The position numbers and the translations under genes were made by a program. Positions 1 to 8,763 of a stretch of DNA of 41,415 nt are shown here, one piece after another (position 1 is the first letter of the stretch; each line of letters starts with the position of its first letter). Under the pieces are notes generated by a model. The model worked only from the letters and a program-made list of their open reading frames with translations. It was not told the DNA's origin and searched no databases. Location of the stretch: the NCBI GenBank assembly GCA_029258835.1, contig JAPDJY010000022.1, positions 1 through 41,415 of the forward strand, written 5' to 3'. The stretch is from Thermoproteota archaeon. GTDB taxonomy: Archaea > Asgardarchaeota > Jordiarchaeia > Jordiarchaeales > Freyrarchaeaceae.

Positions 1-168
1 GCTGAGAGGATCGTTGGCAGGACTGTTGAGGCTGCAGGGGGGGTTGAGGGGAGGATAGTTGGGGCGTTCGGCGGCAGGGGGGACGTGGTGGTCGCCTTCA
101 GGGGGGAGGTGAGGGAGGGGGAGGAGGTTTACCTGAGGCTTCTCAGGGTGAGGAGGAGGCTATGTTGA
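1..168 (+). CDS. selB: Selenocysteine-specific elongation factor SelB, C-terminal fragment (truncated by window start)
   Basis: Frame 1 reads AERIVGRTVEAAGGVEGRIVGAFGGRGDVVVAFRGEVREGEEVYLRLLRVRRRLC*. This fits the archaeal SelB domain IV pattern (G-x-I-x-G-x-FG-x-x-G...F). Its TGA overlaps an ATG of SepSecS (TGATG, 166-170). Confidence 0.72.
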   Translation, partial: AERIVGRTVEAAGGVEGRIVGAFGGRGDVVVAFRGEVREGEEVYLRLLRVRRRLC

Positions 169-1481
169 TGGACTTGGAGAAGTATGTTTCGGACATTCTG
201 CCTAGAAGCATGGCGCTGAGGGGTTTAACGGTCTACAGGGCTTTAGTGAAGCCTGTTAGGGTTCTCTTCGAGCAGAGGAGGATTCCCGATGAGGGGTGGA
301 GCGACGACGAGGTTAGGATCCTGCTGAGGGTTCTCTCCATGATGGACACTGATAAGGATCCCGGCGCTGCGAGGGTTGGGGAGAGGGAGGGTAGGGTTGC
401 CTCCCCGCTCGTCGCCGAGCTCGCCGCCGGGTTCTGCCATGGTGTCGGGCGCAGCGGCGTCGTTGCAGCCCCCCAACCAAAGGCGCCAGGTGCGTCGGTC
501 ATGTACGCCTTGGCGAACATGCTGGCGTCCGACGCCATGAGGAGGTTCGGCGCCCCAAACCTCCGCCACGCGGTGGTGCTTCCAGCCTCAACCGGGTTGA
601 GCCTGGCTCTCGCCCTCTCAGCCCTTAAGAGGGAGGGGGGAAGGTACGTTGTGTATCCTCGCGTGGATCACAGGTCCCCTCTTAAAGGGATAGAGCTTGC
701 AGGGCTTAAGCCGAGGGTTGTTGAGGGGGTTGTTGAGGGGGATGCCGTGAGGGTTCCGGTCGACGACGTCGTGGAGGCTGTCGACGGGGAGACGGCAGCC
801 ATAGTTTCAACGACAACCTTTTTCCCTCCAAGGGAGCCGGATGACGTTAAGGGGATCGCTAAGGCTGCAAGGGACCTCGGCGTCCCCCACATAGTGAACA
901 ATGCTTACGGGGTTCAGAGCAGGGAGATAATGAGGATGGTTGGTGGGGCCGTTGACGCCGGGAGGGTTGACGCCGTGGTTCAGAGCACGGACAAGAACTT
1001 CCTCACGCCGGTTGGGGGGGCCATAGTTGCATCTGGCGACGAGGAAGCTGTTATGAGGGTTAGCGGCATGTACCCTGGAAGGGCCACCGCCGCCCCGATC
1101 GTCCAGTTTCTGGCGGCCATACTTTCCCTTGGCGTTAAGGGGTATGAGAGGCTTCGAAGCGAGCAGGAGGAGAACAGGAGGCTGCTGGAGAGGCTTATGG
1201 GGGAGCTGGCGGAGAGGCATGGTGAGAGGATTCTGAGGGTTTTTAACCCTGTGGCATGTGCGATGACGCTTACAGGTAGGGACCCGTTGAGGGTTGGAGC
1301 GGCACTCTACAACTTGAGGGTGAACGGCCCTCGAGCCCTAGGCCCAAGGGACTGGGGAACCTGCTGCAGGGAGTACAGGACGGCTTACATCACGATGAAC
1401 GCGGCGATAGGCTCTAAGAGGAGGGACGTGGAGGAGGCTGTGAGGAGGCTTGACCAGGCGTTGAGGCAGACGGGTAAGTGA
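162..1481 (+). CDS. spcS: O-phosphoseryl-tRNA(Sec) selenium transferase (SepSecS); start probably ATG 168
   Basis: SepSecS signatures: GEREGRV, HGVGRSG...QPKAPG, HIVNNAYG, PLP-lysine motif QSTDKNF, YPGRA. Confidence 0.93.
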   Translation: MLMDLEKYVSDILPRSMALRGLTVYRALVKPVRVLFEQRRIPDEGWSDDEVRILLRVLSMMDTDKDPGAARVGEREGRVASPLVAELAAGFCHGVGRSGVVAAPQPKAPGASVMYALANMLASDAMRRFGAPNLRHAVVLPASTGLSLALALSALKREGGRYVVYPRVDHRSPLKGIELAGLKPRVVEGVVEGDAVRVPVDDVVEAVDGETAAIVSTTTFFPPREPDDVKGIAKAARDLGVPHIVNNAYGVQSREIMRMVGGAVDAGRVDAVVQSTDKNFLTPVGGAIVASGDEEAVMRVSGMYPGRATAAPIVQFLAAILSLGVKGYERLRSEQEENRRLLERLMGELAERHGERILRVFNPVACAMTLTGRDPLRVGAALYNLRVNGPRALGPRDWGTCCREYRTAYITMNAAIGSKRRDVEEAVRRLDQALRQTGK

Positions 1482-1493
1482 CTGCCGCAGCCA

Positions 1494-2846
1494 TCACCCC
1501 ATGTTTCTCTCGAGTGTTTCCATTGCTAGCTTTACGAGGTCTTTCAGCTTCTGCTCCGTCTTCGCCTCGGCGGTCACCCTTATGAGGGGCTGGGTGTTTG
1601 AAGGCCTCACTATGAACCATCCATCCTCCAAGTCTACTCTCACTCCGTCCATCGTGTTGAGGGTGTACCCTGACCTTTCCAGCTCCTCCTTAACCCGGTC
1701 GACCACCTGGAACTTTTCCTCGTCCGGGCACTTCACGGTCTTCTCAACTATCGGGTATTGGGGGATCTCGTCCGCTATCTGGGATAGGGGGCGTCCCTCC
1801 CTGGCAACTATTTCAGCCATTAGGAGGCTTGCCTGTATTCCGTCGTCGAAGGGGTAGAGGAAGCTTGAGTAGTAGTGTCCGGATGCCTCCACCCCGAAGA
1901 CGGCTCCGTGCCTCTTTATCGCTTCGGTCATGAAGACGTCTCCCACCCGCTCCCAGACGAGCTCCCCTCCAAGGGACTCCACCTGCTCCTTGACTATCAT
2001 GGAGCACGAGATGTTCGCCACGACCTTCCCCTTCCTGCGTGAGAGGGCCTCCCTGGCGAGTATTACGCCCGCTGTTTCAGCCCTGAGGACGCGGCCTTTA
2101 TCGTCGACGAAGACCGCTCTGTCAGCGTCTCCGTCGTATGCCACCCCCATGTCTGCTCCAACGGAGAGGGTGAGGGACTGCAGCTCGTTCACGGTTCCCT
2201 CCTTGGGATGAGGATCCCTCCCGGGGAAGGAGCCGTCAGGCTGAGCGTTGATCGTGTAAACCTTCACTCCCGCCCGCCTGAAGAGTTCCGGGGCGACCGT
2301 TGATGCTGCACCGCACCCCGGGTCGAGGACGACCTTTAACGGCCGCTCTATAACCGTTCTTTCGAGGAGGAATTCTTGGTAGGATGCTACGACCACTTCG
2401 GTGTTTATGCTTCTCGGAGATCCGATCTTGTCCCATGGCTTCTTAAGGAAGGAGCCCTTAAGGAATATGTTTTTTACTTCGGCGTTCTCCCTTGAGAAGC
2501 CTGTTCCGTCCGGGTGCCTGAACCTTATGCCCGTGAATGGGGGAGGGTTATGGGACGCTGTGACCATGACTCCAGCTTTGTAGTCGCCCGTCCAGAGGTG
2601 GAAGTTGAATACTGGTATTGGAACCATCCCCACGGAGACTGCGTCGCACCCGGAGGAGCATAGCCCCGCTGTTAGGGCTTGCTCGACGAGGCGTGAGCTT
2701 GCCCGGACGTCCCTCCCCGTCGCAACGACGCCTGACCCGTTAAGGTATGTTCCTAAGGCTAAGCCCACTTTCACGCTGAACTCGGCGTCTAGGTCCTCGT
2801 TAAACACGCCTCTAATGTCGTACGCTCTAAAAACGTGCTCCTGCAA
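1494..2846 (-). CDS. Alpha-D-phosphohexomutase (PMM/PGM or phosphoglucosamine mutase)
   Basis: FRAYDIRG, catalytic TASHNP, metal-binding DGDADR, sugar-binding GVEASGH, C-terminal RPSNTQP. Confidence 0.92.
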   Translation of the reverse strand: MQEHVFRAYDIRGVFNEDLDAEFSVKVGLALGTYLNGSGVVATGRDVRASSRLVEQALTAGLCSSGCDAVSVGMVPIPVFNFHLWTGDYKAGVMVTASHNPPPFTGIRFRHPDGTGFSRENAEVKNIFLKGSFLKKPWDKIGSPRSINTEVVVASYQEFLLERTVIERPLKVVLDPGCGAASTVAPELFRRAGVKVYTINAQPDGSFPGRDPHPKEGTVNELQSLTLSVGADMGVAYDGDADRAVFVDDKGRVLRAETAGVILAREALSRRKGKVVANISCSMIVKEQVESLGGELVWERVGDVFMTEAIKRHGAVFGVEASGHYYSSFLYPFDDGIQASLLMAEIVAREGRPLSQIADEIPQYPIVEKTVKCPDEEKFQVVDRVKEELERSGYTLNTMDGVRVDLEDGWFIVRPSNTQPLIRVTAEAKTEQKLKDLVKLAMETLERNMG

Positions 2847-2961
2847 GGATAACCCTCCTAGACATGCAAATTATTTTCTTAGCTTCCTTTTCTCTTTTTT
2901 GACTGGGGGCAAAAACCTTTAAATATAGCGAAGTGTAACTTTTTGTAGTGAAGTGTAGTAT

Positions 2962-3633
2962 ATGAATGAGAGGTTATTACCGCTTAGGGAAGCTTGTAGA
3001 AGGCTTGGGATTCACTTTGTCACTTTGAAGAGGTGGATTTATTCTGGTAAGATTAGGGCTGTTAAGACTCCTACTGGTAGGTGGATGATTCCAGAAAGCG
3101 AGATAGAGGGAATAATAGGTGGTAAAGGAGAAGTCAGAGAGGTTAGAGCTGTTATTTATGCTCGTGTAAGTTCTTCGGACCAGAAGAGTGATTTAGAGAG
3201 ACAGGTAGAGTACCTCACACAGTACTGTACTGCTAAAGGCTACAGAGTAGTTGATGTCTTAAGCGATGTAGCTAGTGGACTTAAGGCTAATCGTAGAGGA
3301 TTAATGAAGCTCTTCAACTACGTGGTGAACAAGCAAGTAGACGTAGTAGTAATTACCTATAAGGATAGACTAACCAGATTTGGTTTTGAGTATTTAGAGT
3401 TTTTCTTCAAGCAGTACGGTGTACGTATAGAGGCTGTCTATGGCGAAGAGCCAAAAGATGCATATCAAGAACTTGTAGAGGATTTGTTAGCAATTGTTAC
3501 CTTCTTCGCTGGTAAGCTCTATGGTGTGAGGAGCCATAAGAAGAAAAGGCTTGTCGAAGGCTTCAAGAAGCTCCTAGAAGAGGTTGAGAAAAATGGCTGG
3601 AGTAATGAGAACAGTTATTGTGAAGAGTGTTAG
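2962..3633 (+). CDS. tnpA: IS607 transposase TnpA (N-terminal HTH + serine recombinase)
   Basis: N-terminal HTH (LREACRRLGIHFVTLKRWI), catalytic YARVSS, DRLTRFGF, ELVEDLLAIV..FAGKLYG.RS. Confidence 0.93.
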   Translation: MNERLLPLREACRRLGIHFVTLKRWIYSGKIRAVKTPTGRWMIPESEIEGIIGGKGEVREVRAVIYARVSSSDQKSDLERQVEYLTQYCTAKGYRVVDVLSDVASGLKANRRGLMKLFNYVVNKQVDVVVITYKDRLTRFGFEYLEFFFKQYGVRIEAVYGEEPKDAYQELVEDLLAIVTFFAGKLYGVRSHKKKRLVEGFKKLLEEVEKNGWSNENSYCEEC

Positions 3634-4890
3634 GCTACCGAGAAAGTTGTTCAGGATTTTCGTTGAGCTTGAAGGTATGTACCGTAACATGGTTGAACAG
3701 CTAGTAATCTATGCTGTTAGGAACAGCATTAAGAGCTTCACTAAGCTCAAAGCGTTAAAGTACCGAGAGTTGAGGAGCCTCTATCCACATCTACCATCAC
3801 ACTACGTCTATACCGCTGGTCAAGACGCCTCTACTAGGGCTAAAAGCCTCCTAAGGCTGAAGAAGCTTGGCTTAGCTGAGAGGGAGTATCCAGAGGTTAG
3901 GGGTGTCAGCATATGGCTCGACGATCACCTGTGGAGACCAAACAGGCTAACGTCTATTAGGATAGCTACCCATAGAGGATGGATAACGATAGAATTTGAG
4001 TCCCATAAACAGTACTGGAAGTATGTTAATCGTGGATGGAAACTGGCTTCTGAAGCTAAAATAAAACTCGACAAGAAGAGTAGGCAACTCGTAATCTACT
4101 TAACATTTGTTAAGGAAGTTCAAGAGTATAAGCTTAGAGGCTATTTATCTGTTGATGTTAACGAGAACAATGTAACCACGCTAGTTAATGGGATTGCTTA
4201 TCTCTTTGAAATCAATACCGAGAAGCTTGTTCTTGGCTACTATTACCGTAGGATGAGAATGCAGGAGAGGTACGATAAACTCTATGGTGTAAGGTGTAGG
4301 GTTAAGAGGAAGGTTTTGAGGAAGCTTAGGGAGAGGGAGAAGAAGCGAGACATTAGGTGGAAGATAGCAAACATAATCGTTAGAGTAGCATATGAGAAAC
4401 AATATGCTATTGTTCTCGAGAAGCTCGGTAAAATGCCTACCAGCAACATGATAGCGAGGATCAAAGATAAACAGCTAAGACATAGGATATTCCAAGCCTC
4501 TTTCAAAGGTATTCAAAAAACTATAGAAGAGAAGGCTAGGACGGTGTACCAGTAATCCACGTTAACCCGAAGAACACCTCTAAGTTGTGCCCGGTTCACA
4601 ATACACCCATAGTCTACAATAATGGTTTAAGAGTCGGAAAATGTAGTAAGGGTGGAGAGCAATGGCATAGAGACGTTGCTGCCTGCTGGAACCTTCTCCT
4701 CAGAACCCTGTGGGGCGATGGGAGCCATGCTCCAAGCCCCATAGGGTCTATGCTCGTAGATGGGAGCCGCATTCCGTTCGGCTCGACAGCCACCCATGAC
4801 CCCGTAGGGTTAAGCAAGTCCCTATGGGCGAGGTGGAAGTCCACACCGCAGATACAATATGCTACAAATCTAAATAGAATGAAGCGGTAG
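3584..4890 (+). pseudogene. tnpB: TnpB RNA-guided nuclease with a frameshift near 4540
   Basis: RuvC-I SVDVNE and RuvC-II VLEKL lie in 3584..4555. The continuation (GVPVIHVNPKNTSKLCP...HRDVAACWNL) is in another frame, consistent with a small deletion at ..GCTAGG^ACGGTG.. Confidence 0.85.
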
Positions 4891-4942
4891 GGACAAACGG
4901 CAGGCGTACGGGAAGGTTTAATATTGGTTTCTATTTTAAAAT

Positions 4943-5680
4943 GTGTGGGGAGACCTTAGGGGGACGCACGTCATGGAGGATGCTGAGAGGCTGCTGTTGG
5001 AGATTGAGGAGAGAATCGGGGTGGAGGCGGCCGCCATTCTGAACCCTGACGGAAACGTGTTCGTCTCCCACATACCCGAGGAGGAACAGGATGTTATCCA
5101 GTCTCTCCTCTTCTCCCTTGGAGGGGTCGCCGTGTCCAGCTTCGTAGCCGAGCTGGGAAGCAAGGTGATAGGGTTGAAGAAGACTGATAAGTTTATCCTC
5201 GCGGTGGTTTGCGGGGGGGAGGCTGAGAGGGTTCACTCGAAGCTGAACATGGGGGTTGCCATGTTCAGGGAGGCCTTCGAGGAGGAGGGGATCAGGGAGG
5301 GTGTTTCAGGGGTTTCTAAGCCGGCGCTTATGCCGCGGCTGACCCCTGCCATAAGACGGTTTGCCATGGAGATGAGGGTTCCAGCCGAGTTCATAGCGTT
5401 CTCCGTTCCCACAAAGAAAATATTCACCTTAGAGTTCATGAATAGTAGCGTGTCTAAGGAGTTATCCGAGAGGTTTGGCGGGTGGGTTGTGGAGTTCTTT
5501 ACGATGATAGATGGTGAGAAGAACATTAAGACGTTGGCCGACATGCTTGGCAGGGACGTGAACGAGGTGATAATGGTTGTGGCGGAGCTTGTTAAGAGCA
5601 AGGCTGTCACCGTTAAAAGGATAGATATATCGTCGATGTCGGGGGAGATACTGGAAAAGTTAAGGTCGATGGAGGAGTAG
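4943..5680 (+). CDS. Roadblock/longin-like N-terminal domain + C-terminal winged-helix protein; start probably ATG 4973
   Basis: The N-terminal pattern GVEAAAILNPDGNVFVS ... KKTDKFILAVVC is roadblock/profilin-like. The C-terminal IDGEKNIKTLADMLGRDVNEVIMVVAELVK is wHTH-like. Confidence 0.6.
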   Translation: MWGDLRGTHVMEDAERLLLEIEERIGVEAAAILNPDGNVFVSHIPEEEQDVIQSLLFSLGGVAVSSFVAELGSKVIGLKKTDKFILAVVCGGEAERVHSKLNMGVAMFREAFEEEGIREGVSGVSKPALMPRLTPAIRRFAMEMRVPAEFIAFSVPTKKIFTLEFMNSSVSKELSERFGGWVVEFFTMIDGEKNIKTLADMLGRDVNEVIMVVAELVKSKAVTVKRIDISSMSGEILEKLRSMEE

Positions 5681-5753
5681 CCTACGTTGGATGGAAGGGT
5701 TTATGTGGGATAAGCCCGCTTTCTCTCTATGAAGTAGTGAGGGAGAGTGCTTA

Positions 5754-6176
5754 TTGGTGTCAGCTGAGGTTGAAAATATCCTTTACAAGTTTAAGAGCTT
5801 GTCGGCGAAGCTTGACGAGTCGCTTAAGGTTATGGAGAGAAACTTCGAGCTTTTGTCGAGGCTTATGGAGAGGGTTGAGCAAAGTATTAGGGAGCTGAAC
5901 GCAACGTTCGAAAACCTGACCAATACGATCAGGGAGCAGGAGGAGCTGTTCGCCGAGCAGGTCGAGACGCTTCTCAACTCCTTCAACTTCGAGGTTCGAG
6001 GGATCAGGGACATGCTTAAACTTGAAACGTTCACCGAAACGAAGGAGCTCTTGGATAGCGTGCTTGAAACCGTCCAGGGCGAGGTTGACCCCCAGAAGAT
6101 CAAGCCCATGATGGCTGAGCTCGTCCAGGCATCATTAAAAATACTTTCCCAGGCGGGGAGGGGGACGGCGAGGTAG
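5754..6176 (+). CDS. Hypothetical coiled-coil protein
   Basis: 140 aa with continuous heptad periodicity and no TM segment. Confidence 0.7.
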   Translation: MVSAEVENILYKFKSLSAKLDESLKVMERNFELLSRLMERVEQSIRELNATFENLTNTIREQEELFAEQVETLLNSFNFEVRGIRDMLKLETFTETKELLDSVLETVQGEVDPQKIKPMMAELVQASLKILSQAGRGTAR

Positions 6177-6185
6177 GAGGGCTAG

Positions 6186-6635
6186 GTGATGGCGGCCCCG
6201 GAAGCCATAATACCCCTAATAACCCAAGCCCTAAGTGACATATACAGTAAAATAGAGGAGTTGAGTGATAGGGTTGAGGACTACACTAGGAAGATGGAAA
6301 AGTTCACCGACTTCTTCACGAAGAACATTCACACGTTGATGAGGGGGGTGCAGGACCTAGCGAACGTGGTTAGGGAGGAGAGGACCAAGACCATACGCCA
6401 CCTAAACGAGTCAACCGTTAATATAGTGGAGGAGCTGAAGAAACTGCAGTCTGTTAACGTGGAATCCATGAGGAAGGAGACCGTAGAGATACACAGGAAA
6501 ACCCTTGAAAGCGTCAGGGAGGCCATATGGATACTTCAAACACTAATACTGATAAGAAGGTTCCTCCTGACGATAGGTGAGCTGCAGAAGGAAATGGGGG
6601 AGGCTCGGCAAGCACCCAGCCAGCCGAAGCCCTAA
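6186..6635 (+). CDS. Hypothetical coiled-coil protein
   Basis: 149 aa, heptad-rich, 9 nt downstream of the previous gene and preceded by GGAGG. Confidence 0.7.
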   Translation: MMAAPEAIIPLITQALSDIYSKIEELSDRVEDYTRKMEKFTDFFTKNIHTLMRGVQDLANVVREERTKTIRHLNESTVNIVEELKKLQSVNVESMRKETVEIHRKTLESVREAIWILQTLILIRRFLLTIGELQKEMGEARQAPSQPKP

Positions 6636-6654
6636 GGTAGTGCCGCGTAATCTT

Positions 6655-7383
6655 TCAGTATCCTCGCCTGAAGAGGTCCGAGGGCCTTATCAGGCGTTCC
6701 TCCTCTTCCTCCCGTGGCTCCTCGTAGGCGGGGGCTGGAGGCCGACCAGGAGCCCTAGCCTCCCTTCTGGTCCCCCTCCTCGCTACGACGGGCGGGACAG
6801 GCTCCTCCCTCCTTTCCTCTCTGGCGGCTCCTCTTTCAGGCCTTACGGCCTTCCCCTCTCTCACCTGAACGGCTAAATCCTCTACTTTTTTAACGAGGTC
6901 GTTTAGGGTTAGAATTTCCATTCCCTTCTGAAGGTTGCTCACCGTCTTCTCTAGGGTTTCCTCGAGCCTTGCGACACCCTTCAACTCGACGCCTTCGATC
7001 CTCTCAGCTAGCTCGTCCTTTATCTCTTCAAGCCTCCTTTCAAGCATGGAAACCCTATCGTTTAAGAGTTTTTCAAGCCTCAAGACGGTTTTAGCCACGT
7101 CCTCCATGATGCTGATCATGACCCTAAGGAGGGCTAGGTCTTCTCGTTCTGCTCCCTGCGCCGTGGGAGCCTTCGACTCGGGTTTCCCGGGCTCGGCTGG
7201 CTTCACCTCTTTCCCGGCTTCCACAACCTCTTTACCGTGACGTGGTGAGGCGGCTTCTGAAGGAAGCGGTGAGGGAGCACCTTTTTGAGGCGCATCATTC
7301 TTCTCCTTGGACAAGCCGCACATCTCCTTTAATATTCCCTCTTTATGAAAATGGGGCTTAACCCTATTAAACCTTCTGACCAA
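6655..7383 (-). CDS. Hypothetical coiled-coil protein with disordered P/E/K-rich termini (true start probably downstream of 7383)
   Basis: Central helical coiled coil flanked by low-complexity arms; it ends RLIRPSDLFRRGY. Confidence 0.65.
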   Translation of the reverse strand: MVRRFNRVKPHFHKEGILKEMCGLSKEKNDAPQKGAPSPLPSEAASPRHGKEVVEAGKEVKPAEPGKPESKAPTAQGAEREDLALLRVMISIMEDVAKTVLRLEKLLNDRVSMLERRLEEIKDELAERIEGVELKGVARLEETLEKTVSNLQKGMEILTLNDLVKKVEDLAVQVREGKAVRPERGAAREERREEPVPPVVARRGTRREARAPGRPPAPAYEEPREEEEERLIRPSDLFRRGY

Positions 7384-7392
7384 CCCTAACTT

Positions 7393-7869
7393 TCATTTAA
7401 GATGCCAGTATTTGTCTCCAACCCAGTGCAGGTTTTTAACGGCTCTCCCCTTCCCTCCAGCCAGTATTTCGTCCGCGTCGAGAAGCGACTCGCCAACAGC
7501 TAAAGGTTTACCGTGAGTTTCATCGACGACCACCACTATGGAGCCCCTCCTAACGGTTTCGTCTACAGACCTTATCCCGGGGAGCATGACGTCCGCCCCT
7601 CTGGTAACGTAGGGTACAGCACCCATGTCCACAACCACTCTGGGGAGGCTGAATAAGCCGTTAAGAAGGGCTTTAACCGTGGGGAAAAGGCGGCCGCCCT
7701 CACGGATCAGCACCGGCTGACCCGAACGGAAGAAAACCTCGGTCCTCCCCTCCGTGACGGCTACTTCCAAGCCTTCTAGGGGGGGATGGGTGCCGAACAG
7801 TTCACTAAGCCTTCGACCCAGCTCCTTAACCTCCGACCTCTTCAGGAAGTGCCTTCGCTTGAGCTTCAA
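7393..7869 (-). CDS. PUA-domain RNA-binding protein (MCT-1/Tma20-like)
   Basis: VVVDMGAVPYVTRGADVMLPGI, GKGRAVKNLHWVGD. Confidence 0.9.
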   Translation of the reverse strand: MKLKRRHFLKRSEVKELGRRLSELFGTHPPLEGLEVAVTEGRTEVFFRSGQPVLIREGGRLFPTVKALLNGLFSLPRVVVDMGAVPYVTRGADVMLPGIRSVDETVRRGSIVVVVDETHGKPLAVGESLLDADEILAGGKGRAVKNLHWVGDKYWHLK

Positions 7870-7885
7870 ACCCGCACCAGCCCCC

Positions 7886-8626
7886 TTAATAGGGGGAAGG
7901 CCCTATTTGCTGGGAGAACTGCCTTAGGGATTTAACAAGCTCTTCCACCGTCACGTTTCTCAGGACGGCGAGCGGGAACCCCTCCTCCTTAGCTAGATTC
8001 AGCGTTAATGGGTCCGGCTCGGATACGCCGTGGAGCACCAGTAGGCCAGGCATGTACTCGTTCTCTTTAAGGGTTACAGTGAGCGACCTCCCAGTGCTCA
8101 GGTTGGCGAGGACGAGGCCTCTCCCAGCAGCAGCCTTGTAGAGCTTCTTGAAGCCTTCGCTCGACAACTCCTTGAGCATCGCTCTGCTGTCAACCGCGAT
8201 GTAGCCTAGAAGTGGGGAGTCGAGAAGGTCCTCGTTCGCGACGCATGACGCGCCTATAGCTGAGCAGAACGACGACGCGTTAACCGGGGAGACAAACTCC
8301 CTAGTGTCGAGGAGGATGCTTGACGGGATCTCAACGTCCATTAGCCGTCCGAAAGCCGAGATCACCGGTTCACCCCTCCTACTGTCTATGTCTAGGAGGG
8401 CTTCGATGAAGCGTTTAATGGTCTTTGTCCCCGGCGACTTCCTCCTGTTACCCTCGTAATCGCTTATCACCGAGGGGGACACCTCAAGGTACTCTGCCAG
8501 GGTTATCTGGCTAATGTGGAAAAGCTCCCTCCACCTGCGCATCATCTTCCCCGGGTCGTCGGCGAGCACTATCTCGCCGGCAACTCGGCGGGCAAGCCTT
8601 TCCTTGACGTCGACGGAGACGGTCAA
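7886..8626 (-). CDS. Archaeal XRE-family HTH transcriptional regulator (COG1709-like)
   Basis: AGEIVLADDPG..MRRWRELF.ISQ..LAEYLEVSPSVISDYEGNRRKSPG, followed by a C-terminal domain with STGRS. Confidence 0.85.
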   Translation of the reverse strand: MTVSVDVKERLARRVAGEIVLADDPGKMMRRWRELFHISQITLAEYLEVSPSVISDYEGNRRKSPGTKTIKRFIEALLDIDSRRGEPVISAFGRLMDVEIPSSILLDTREFVSPVNASSFCSAIGASCVANEDLLDSPLLGYIAVDSRAMLKELSSEGFKKLYKAAAGRGLVLANLSTGRSLTVTLKENEYMPGLLVLHGVSEPDPLTLNLAKEEGFPLAVLRNVTVEELVKSLRQFSQQIGPSPY

Positions 8627-8763
8627 CTTAAACCAGCCCCCAAGCCTAGATGGACTCTTCCCAGACTTAAATATGATATAAAAAATAGGCTAAAACACCA
8701 TTAATTAACTTATTGTCTGTGGAGGCGGTGAGGGATGGCACTCCTGGAAAGACCGCGGCTTTT

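Larger units (their letters stand above)
2908..4900 (+). mobile_element. IS607-family insertion sequence (tnpA + frameshifted tnpB)
   Basis: Serine-recombinase tnpA overlaps tnpB. The segment is more AT-rich than its flanks, has GAAGTGTA direct repeats at the left end (2930, 2950), GG dinucleotides at the inferred ends and no terminal inverted repeats. Boundaries are approximate. Confidence 0.85.

Noticed and set aside
5754-7383. Coiled-coil proteins as SNAREs or ESCRT-III/CdvB
   Set aside because: No C-terminal TM anchor or clear zero-layer residue, and no Snf7-like basic/acidic organisation that I can recognise.
8720-8763. GCGGT...ACCGC hairpin as a possible SECIS
   Set aside because: Neither flanking gene has an in-frame UGA, and it lacks a clear SECIS core. 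It is more likely a terminator-region hairpin.
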